Part shown: one piece after another, positions 18,451 to 24,324 of the stretch | How the letters are laid out: each line of letters starts with the position of its first letter | Position numbering within the stretch: the first letter of the stretch is position 1 | Assembly (NCBI GenBank): GCA_016839945.1 | Contig: JAEOTE010000113.1 | Span: 1 to 24,324, forward strand | Length of the DNA stretch: 24,324 nt | Origin: Candidatus Heimdallarchaeota archaeon | GTDB taxonomy: Archaea; Asgardarchaeota; Heimdallarchaeia; Heimdallarchaeales; Heimdallarchaeaceae | Direction: 5' to 3' | Made by a program: the position numbers and the translations under genes | Notes under the pieces: model-generated | Database searches by the model: none | What the model saw: the letters and a program-made list of their open reading frames with translations, nothing else | What the model was told of the DNA's origin: nothing

Positions 18451-18675
18451 CTAAAGAATCATGGCTGAAAAACCAAGAGCAATAAGCATCATTTTAATCT
18501 TTGAACTTGTTATTTGGAAAGGATCGATTTTGACTTTAACCTGCTTATCTACAAAATTTACTTCAGATGTTTCAATTCCTGCAGTATATTTTAGTGCAAG
18601 TTCTATTTTCTTTGCACATTTCTTGCAGTGAATATTTTCAATCTCATATTCTATTATCACGTTCATTGCTCTCAT
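18451..18675 (-). CDS. Second small HMA-domain protein (divergent CopZ-like)
   Basis: IENIHCKKC, HMA-length ORF ending ALGF; next to copZ. Confidence 0.75.
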   Translation of the reverse strand: MRAMNVIIEYEIENIHCKKCAKKIELALKYTAGIETSEVNFVDKQVKVKIDPFQITSSKIKMMLIALGFSAMIL

Positions 18676-18729
18676 AGTAACAACAACTTAAGCTGTTTTT
18701 AAAATACCTATTGGACCATAATATTTCAT

Positions 18730-20508
18730 TTACTTCGATTTGATTAAATTCTGGTTTATCTTTCTCAGTGAACTCTTATGAATTTTTATCTTCTTTCTGT
18801 CATATGTTATCAAACCATTAATTTCCCCTTCAATATCTGTGATTTGAGTATAAACAGCTGCTCCTAATCCTTTGGGTTTTAGTTCTTTCACTTTTTCAAT
18901 CAAATCATTATATTTCTCCTTTAGTTCTTCTTTGTACTTGCATTTTTTATAACCCCATTTGAATTTCATATCCCAAGTGTTTTTCTCTATCAAGAATGCT
19001 AAACCTCCGAATTCTCCTAAAACAGCTGTTCTTTCTTCTTCAATTTTTGGCATTTTTGGACCAGGATATCTATGAATATCTTTTATATCTCCTAAACCTT
19101 TATCCACCCATCCACTAGCATTATTGATTAATCTAGAAGAGTCGAGTTTTTTAATAGAATTCACAACTTCAGCTGTTTTAAACTGTCCCCATCCTTCATT
19201 AAATGGAACCCAACAGATAACAGAGGGAGAATTATAAAGAAACAAGATCATTTCTCTGAGCTCTTGGTGATAGTTGATTTGGTTTTCTTCTTTAATTCGA
19301 CCAAAAGGCAAGACAAATTTCCCAGCTGTGAGTAAACCAAAAATACCAGAAAAAATACTCCCTCCATTTGGCATATCCTGCCAGACAGGAACCCCCATAG
19401 TGTCACAATGATAATACCATCGTGCTGGCTCTACTTTAACATGTTTTCTTATCATATTAAATCCAAAGTCTTTTGTCTTTTCTATATCATAACGAAGAGC
19501 TTCATCAGTTGGAGCTGTGTATAGACCATCGGGAAAATAGCCTTGATCTAAAGAACCATATTGGAAAAGAATTTCATTATTTAATGCAATCCTTGGAATA
19601 CCTTTCTCATCCTTCTTGATGCTTATTTTTCTCATTCCGAAATAGCTTTTAACTTCGTCAATGATTTTGCTTTTACGCATCACTCTAAAGATAATGTCAT
19701 AAAGAAAAGGATCTTCACAACTCCATAATTTTGGATTTGGAATCTTCAAGCAGATTGAATCATTAATCTTACAAATTTCAGATGTTATTATTTTTCTACC
19801 TTTCTTAATCGTTATTTCAATATTATCTTGTTTTGGAACATTTGTACCATAGAATAGAAGATCTATACAATCATGATCAACATCTGGAGTGATTTTAACA
19901 TTAGCCATTCTGCTTTTAGGAACTGATTCTAGCCAAACAGTTTGCCAGATACCAGAAACAGCTGTGTAAAATGCTAGAAATGGACTAAGAGTTTGCTTTC
20001 CTCTTTCCTGAAAACCTTTGTTTGAAGGATCCCAAACAGATATAGTTATCTCATTTTCTCCCTCATTTAGATATTCAGTTATATTGAAAGAAAAAGGAGT
20101 ATATCCACCTTTATGAGTACCTATCTGTAAGTCATTTATCCATACCGAAGTTTCCCAATCTACAGCTCCAAAATTAAGTAAAACCTCTTTATTAGTCCAT
20201 GAATCAGGAATTGAAAAATACCTTCGATACCATAGTTTTTGATTTGGCTTAAGTTTCTCCTTTACCCCAGATAATGCAGATTCTATTGGAAAAGGAACAA
20301 GGATTTTACCATCAAATTTTCTTACAAAAAGCTCTTGTTTAGGAAGAATCGCATAATCCCAAAGACCATTGAGATTAATCCAATCTTTTCTAGCGAATTG
20401 TGGTCTAGGATATTTTGGTAAAGGTTTCTTAGGGTTTACATCTTTTGCCCACTTGCTTAAAAGATCTCCTTTAACAACTTCCCATAAATTGTCAGCTGAT
20501 TTTGACAA
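18730..20508 (-). CDS. Glycoside hydrolase family 2 (beta-galactosidase/glucuronidase-like), cytoplasmic
   Basis: YPRPQF, LNGLWDYAI, FGAVDW, HKGGYTPF, SGIWQTVWLE, FNMIRKHVK, acid/base WVPFNEGWGQ and nucleophile LGEFGG. No signal peptide. Confidence 0.9.
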   Translation of the reverse strand: MSKSADNLWEVVKGDLLSKWAKDVNPKKPLPKYPRPQFARKDWINLNGLWDYAILPKQELFVRKFDGKILVPFPIESALSGVKEKLKPNQKLWYRRYFSIPDSWTNKEVLLNFGAVDWETSVWINDLQIGTHKGGYTPFSFNITEYLNEGENEITISVWDPSNKGFQERGKQTLSPFLAFYTAVSGIWQTVWLESVPKSRMANVKITPDVDHDCIDLLFYGTNVPKQDNIEITIKKGRKIITSEICKINDSICLKIPNPKLWSCEDPFLYDIIFRVMRKSKIIDEVKSYFGMRKISIKKDEKGIPRIALNNEILFQYGSLDQGYFPDGLYTAPTDEALRYDIEKTKDFGFNMIRKHVKVEPARWYYHCDTMGVPVWQDMPNGGSIFSGIFGLLTAGKFVLPFGRIKEENQINYHQELREMILFLYNSPSVICWVPFNEGWGQFKTAEVVNSIKKLDSSRLINNASGWVDKGLGDIKDIHRYPGPKMPKIEEERTAVLGEFGGLAFLIEKNTWDMKFKWGYKKCKYKEELKEKYNDLIEKVKELKPKGLGAAVYTQITDIEGEINGLITYDRKKIKIHKSSLRKINQNLIKSK

Positions 20509-20606
20509 ATTACCACATTCTAGAATGTTCTAAAATATAAATTAGAGAATTTTACTTAATATATGTAATACGACTATATTATTGGAAAGAATAAAAAAAA
20601 GAGAAA

Positions 20607-21398
20607 TTAAACTTCAAATTTATAAGAAACGTCAAGATTCCCAGTGAAAATATTCAGAAATTGAGTTGAGCGTTGATCCTCAGGAATGTTTTCTTTGTCC
20701 ATTTCTGCTTCTATCTCTTTCTTTAGTTTTTCAATTTGATTTAGGAATGAGAATATCAACTCATTCATCATAAAAACATGTTTCCATTTACTTATCTTAA
20801 TATCAGAGACATAAACACTAATATCCATTGGAGGAATTTTTATTTTCTTAGCAATTTTATCCTTACCCTCAGCTTCAACTAACTTAGCTAGTTCAGTAAT
20901 TTGGTTGATTGTTTCATTAATTATTACATTCTGCAGATTAGAAACAAAGCTGAAATAACTCTGAGTTGGGGGAATGCTTGCTAATTTCTCAGGTTTAAGA
21001 AGCTCATTAACAACTAATTCATAAAGAACGTCGTCAGGTGTATCTCTATATTCTTTGAATTCTTCAGTGTATCTTTCAATTTGATTCGCCAACTCTTGCA
21101 TATATTCTTCATAAATTGCTTTTGAATGAGTTGATAATTTATAGAATTTACCCCAACTGTCCTCAGATTTTTCACTGTCAAAAACAATTATGCCTTGATC
21201 TTTTAATTTTCTTATATATCGTAGAGTTGTGCTTTCTGGCTTATTAATCATTGTTGAGATTTTCTTAAGATTCAAAGTTTTGTACCAATGAAGAGCTGTA
21301 ACTATTCCTAATTCGGTTTCATCTTGAAGTAAAGTATAGAATCTGTTTTTAATTTCCTTATAATCTTTTGTTTTACTCATTTTAAACCTAATTATCAT
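20607..21398 (-). CDS. Winged-helix transcriptional regulator (ArsR/TrmB-like N-terminal HTH, helical C-terminal domain); start may be ATG 21380
   Basis: LNLKKISTMINKPESTTLRYIRKLKDQGII...GKFYKLS. Divergent from the MFS gene. Confidence 0.8.
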   Translation of the reverse strand: MIIRFKMSKTKDYKEIKNRFYTLLQDETELGIVTALHWYKTLNLKKISTMINKPESTTLRYIRKLKDQGIIVFDSEKSEDSWGKFYKLSTHSKAIYEEYMQELANQIERYTEEFKEYRDTPDDVLYELVVNELLKPEKLASIPPTQSYFSFVSNLQNVIINETINQITELAKLVEAEGKDKIAKKIKIPPMDISVYVSDIKISKWKHVFMMNELIFSFLNQIEKLKKEIEAEMDKENIPEDQRSTQFLNIFTGNLDVSYKFEV

Positions 21399-21419
21399 AG
21401 AATCTTTTCATTTAAAAAG

Positions 21420-21532
21420 TTTTTCTATTATGAAATTAATTTCAAAATGACAGAAATATTTATAAATATCTTTGAGAAAGAATATTTCAGAAAGAAAATA
21501 CTTCCACAATGGAAGTAATTCGAAAATGGAAG
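21420..21532. promoter_or_regulatory. Divergent promoter: palindromic TATA (21459-21466) flanked by 17-bp operator-like repeats
   Basis: Perfect inverted repeat TACTTCCA-caa-TGGAAGTA at 21499-21517. Related 17-mers start at 21420, 21437, 21482, 21499 and 21516. ATATTTATAAATAT is preceded by CAGAA. Confidence 0.65.
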
Positions 21533-21540
21533 TGTAAAAA

Positions 21541-22941
21541 ATGGTTGAAAAACAAATAGAAACAATGGAAGAGGTTGAACAGAAAAAACCTAATGCCTTT
21601 GTTTTGCTAAAAAACAGAGATTTTTCCGCTTTGTTTATTGGTGGTTTTATCTCAAATATTGGAAGTTGGTTTACATTCGTAGCCGTTGTTTTCCTTGCTA
21701 TTGAAATAACAGCTCATCTAACACCAACTGAATCTACACAAGCAGTTGCTTTATTAACAACTTGTTCGTTATTACCAATGCTAGTACTTGGACCTCTAGC
21801 AGGAGCATTAGTTGATAAAGTTGATAGAAAGAAAGTGATGGTTTTTGCAGATTTCTTAGGAGCTTCAGCAGCTGTAGCTTTATTCTTCTCTACTCAAATG
21901 TGGCACTTGTATTTATTCATGATTTTCAATTCATCAGTCAGACAATTTTTCTATCCCGCTAGGACAGCATCAATACCTAGAGTTGTAAAGCAAGAACAAT
22001 TGTTATCAGCAAATGGATTCATTCAAACAACTAACCAAATTGCTAGAATGATAGGTCCACTTTTAGCAGGTTTCATTGCTGCAGGATTAGGACTAAGAAT
22101 AGCATTCCTCTTTGATGCAGCCAGTTACGTTGCTTCAGCTATATTGATAATCATTATAAAAACAAATCTTAAACCTCCACAAAATGGTGAAAGAGTAAAC
22201 GTGAGAAGCGTTCTTGTTGGAATGAGAGATGGATTCAAGATCACTTTTACTGATAAAATAATTAGTTTTCTTGTTATATCATTTGGAATTACAATACTTG
22301 CAGTAGGAGCGATCGACCCAGTAGCTGTTCCATACTTAAACTTTGTATTTGGATTAGGGGAAAAAGATTTTGGGATACTTATGAGTGTTTCAGCTGTAAG
22401 TGGAGTGATTGCAGCAGTTATACTATCAATTAGAGGACAACTGAAGAATAAACTAAGATTCATGGCAATATCTATATTAGCTTTGGCTTTATCTGTTGCA
22501 GTGTTATCCTTCTCACCATTTGTAGTAGCACCTATAGTTTGGCTCTATCTTGGATTATGCTTGATAGGATTTACTAATGTAGGATTCAGTATACCATTTG
22601 CAACTTTACTCCAAACAATAGTGAAGAATGAAAACTTAGGCAAGGTTTCTGGAATTATTGATATGATTATGACTGCAGCATCCTTAGTAGCATCTTTACT
22701 TGCTGTTGCACTAACTGGGTTCATATCCATCAGCATATTATTAGGAATAGTAGCTGCTATTGTCCTAGTAGCAGGTATTGGATCACTAGTTACAATAAAA
22801 GTGAAAAACCTAGAAGGAATTGCTCAAACTAGAGAACAAGAAATGAAGATAGTTACAGACTCAAAAGAGGGAATTCCTGAATCAATTATCAAAGATAAGG
22901 AAATATCTGAAACTCCAACCTTAATCCCTTCTACAGATTAA
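21541..22941 (+). CDS. MFS transporter (DHA3/MefA-EntS-like exporter), about 12 TM
   Basis: RDFSALFIGGFISNIGSW, motif A GALVDKVDRKKVM, FYPARTASIPRVV, ANG...IGPLLAG and LGKVSG. Confidence 0.92.
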   Translation: MVEKQIETMEEVEQKKPNAFVLLKNRDFSALFIGGFISNIGSWFTFVAVVFLAIEITAHLTPTESTQAVALLTTCSLLPMLVLGPLAGALVDKVDRKKVMVFADFLGASAAVALFFSTQMWHLYLFMIFNSSVRQFFYPARTASIPRVVKQEQLLSANGFIQTTNQIARMIGPLLAGFIAAGLGLRIAFLFDAASYVASAILIIIIKTNLKPPQNGERVNVRSVLVGMRDGFKITFTDKIISFLVISFGITILAVGAIDPVAVPYLNFVFGLGEKDFGILMSVSAVSGVIAAVILSIRGQLKNKLRFMAISILALALSVAVLSFSPFVVAPIVWLYLGLCLIGFTNVGFSIPFATLLQTIVKNENLGKVSGIIDMIMTAASLVASLLAVALTGFISISILLGIVAAIVLVAGIGSLVTIKVKNLEGIAQTREQEMKIVTDSKEGIPESIIKDKEISETPTLIPSTD

Positions 22942-22965
22942 TTTTTTTTCCTTTTTTTCTTTATT
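22942..22965 (+). terminator. Oligo-T terminator after the first MFS gene
   Basis: TTTTTTTTCCTTTTTTTCTTTATT immediately after the TAA stop. Confidence 0.6.
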
Positions 22966-23135
22966 TTAGAGTGTGAATTATTGAGCTTTAACCAACTGGT
23001 TTAATGATATATCTTCTTCTTTTAAAAAAGAAATTTCTTAGTTATGGATTCAAAATAGATAGTTTAACTATTTAGTTTATTGTTTAAGAAAGTATTTAAT
23101 AAAAACAGTGCGAATATGCTTTTGGTGAATAGAAA

Positions 23136-23267
23136 ATGAAAGAAAGAAGATATGAATTCCTAAAAAAAATAGAAGCAGAAGCACCCTATTGGTCACTGTG
23201 TGGTCACACTTGCTCAACAGTCTATTATAGAGTGACCAATCGAGTAAACACAGAGCTCCTAAAGTGA
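23136..23267 (+). CDS. Small peptide 1, 43 aa: MKERRYEFLKKIEAEAPYWSLCGHTCSTVYYRVTNRVNTELLK
   Basis: Hand-translated; below the ORF-track size cut-off. GGTGA at 23124-23128 and TATA-like TTTAATAA at 23095-23102. Paralogous to the next ORF, with synonymous divergence. Confidence 0.8.
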   Translation: MKERRYEFLKKIEAEAPYWSLCGHTCSTVYYRVTNRVNTELLK

Positions 23268-23273
23268 TGTGAA

Positions 23274-23411
23274 ATGAAAGATAAAAAAAGCAAATTCATC
23301 CGAAAGATCGAAGTAGAAGCACCTTATTGGTCTTTATTTGGACATTGTTGTTCATCAGTCAGCTATCTTTTAACCAGTCAGGATAAGTTTATTGTATCTA
23401 AGGTGTATTGA
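23274..23411 (+). CDS. Small peptide 2, 45 aa: MKDKKSKFIRKIEVEAPYWSLFGHCCSSVSYLLTSQDKFIVSKVY
   Basis: Hand-translated. Starts 6 nt after the peptide 1 stop (GTGATGTGA upstream) and is 21/43 identical to peptide 1 without gaps. Confidence 0.8.
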   Translation: MKDKKSKFIRKIEVEAPYWSLFGHCCSSVSYLLTSQDKFIVSKVY

Positions 23412-23413
23412 AA

Positions 23414-24324
23414 TTGGAAGCAGCTCAAAAGGATCCAGAAGAATTTTCTACTGAGATAGTAGAAGAGAAGAAGAAGGTTAAAGCCTTAGGTTTACTTAAA
23501 AAAAGAGATTTTTCAGCTTTATTTCTGGGAGTTTTTATTAGCAATGTAGGAAGTTATTTCACAAGCATTGCTATAATTTTCCTTGCACTGGATATTACTC
23601 AAAACCTCACAGCTGCTGAAGCAACCAGGTTAATTGCTCTAATGACAACCTTTGCTTTAATACCAGTTTTTGTATTAGGACCATTGGCGGGAGTTTTAGT
23701 TGACAAATTTGACAGAAAGAAAGTTATGATAATTGCAGATATCTTTGCTGCTGTTGCAATAACATCATTAATATTTGCATCAAAAATGTGGCATCTGTAT
23801 CTAATCTTCTTTTTAAATTCCTCTGTTAGACAATTCTTTTACCCAGCAAGAACTGCTTCCCTACCAAAGATTGTTAATCAAGAGGAATTGCTTTCAGCTA
23901 ACGGCTTTATACAAACTTCTGCAAACATTTCTCGTTTAATTGGACCATTATTAGCAGGATTCTTAATTGAATTCTTTGGATTAAGAGCAGCTTTTATAGT
24001 TGATGCTGGAACTTTTATTTTCTCAGCTATAATGATATTAGCTATTAGAGAAAATCTCAAACCAAAGGATAATGGAGAAAAAGTTACTGTAAGAAATGTA
24101 GCTACTGGTCTAAGAGATGGTTTTAAGATTTCTTTTGGAGATAAAATAATTTCTTTTGTAATTATTCTATTTGCTTTTACAATATTATTAATTGGAATGA
24201 TAGATCCACTAATTGTACCTTATATGAATTTCGAGTTTGGTTTAGGTGAGAAGGAATTCGGGATGTTAATGAGTTTTAGCGCAATCTCAGGAATAATAGC
24301 AGCTGTAATTCTATCAGTTAAAGG
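23414..24324 (+). CDS. Second MFS transporter, paralogue of 21541..22941; 3'-truncated by the window edge
   Basis: TTG 23414 after AGGTG (23401-23405). Reads MEAAQKDPEEF...LLKKRDFSALFLGVFISNVGSYF...GPLAGVLVDKFDRKKVM...NSSVRQFFYPARTASLPKIV and stays open to the window end. Absent from the ORF track because it has no stop in the window. Confidence 0.92.
   Translation, partial: MEAAQKDPEEFSTEIVEEKKKVKALGLLKKRDFSALFLGVFISNVGSYFTSIAIIFLALDITQNLTAAEATRLIALMTTFALIPVFVLGPLAGVLVDKFDRKKVMIIADIFAAVAITSLIFASKMWHLYLIFFLNSSVRQFFYPARTASLPKIVNQEELLSANGFIQTSANISRLIGPLLAGFLIEFFGLRAAFIVDAGTFIFSAIMILAIRENLKPKDNGEKVTVRNVATGLRDGFKISFGDKIISFVIILFAFTILLIGMIDPLIVPYMNFEFGLGEKEFGMLMSFSAISGIIAAVILSVK

Noticed and set aside
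23116-23139. Tiny ORF MLLVNRK overlapping the peptide 1 start (ATGA)
   Set aside because: It starts too close to the putative TATA box to be transcribed from it, and 7-codon ORFs are expected by chance.
22125-24060. ORFs 22125..22463, 22545..22736 and 23878..24060
   Set aside because: Antisense shadows of the two MFS genes.
1-24324. tRNA/rRNA genes, transposases, integrases, phage structural genes
   Set aside because: No GC-rich structured RNA tract or mobile-element motif was recognised by eye. Small RNAs cannot be excluded without a covariance-model search.

Overview
AT-rich (roughly 30% GC by eye), gene-dense archaeal-type window. GGTGA-type ribosome-binding sites, TATA boxes about 25-30 nt before starts, T-tract terminators and surface proteins ending in a TM helix plus a basic tail suggest an Asgard (Heimdallarchaeia/Lokiarchaeia-like) origin; this is inference only. 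The left 10 kb holds mostly single genes on alternating strands: surface proteins, a LuxC-type acyl-CoA reductase, a pair of paralogous membrane-anchored beta-sandwich proteins, and three paralogous zinc-ribbon/TM/Cys-tail proteins, one ending in a 22-Cys metallothionein-like (GDC/GGC)n tail. The middle holds a steroid 5-alpha-reductase-family gene, an orphan amino-methyltransferase, LplA, an Asp-box protein, a copper cluster (HMA protein, CopZ, CopA) and a GH2 glycosidase. The right end holds a wHTH regulator divergent from an MFS transporter, with a 17-bp-period operator array between them. Two tandem paralogous 43/45-aa peptide genes (EAPYWSLxGHxCSxV) follow, which the ORF track misses, coupled to a second MFS paralogue that runs off the window. 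The peptide/MFS/regulator locus and the zinc-ribbon/Cys-tail family are the best candidates for undescribed systems.
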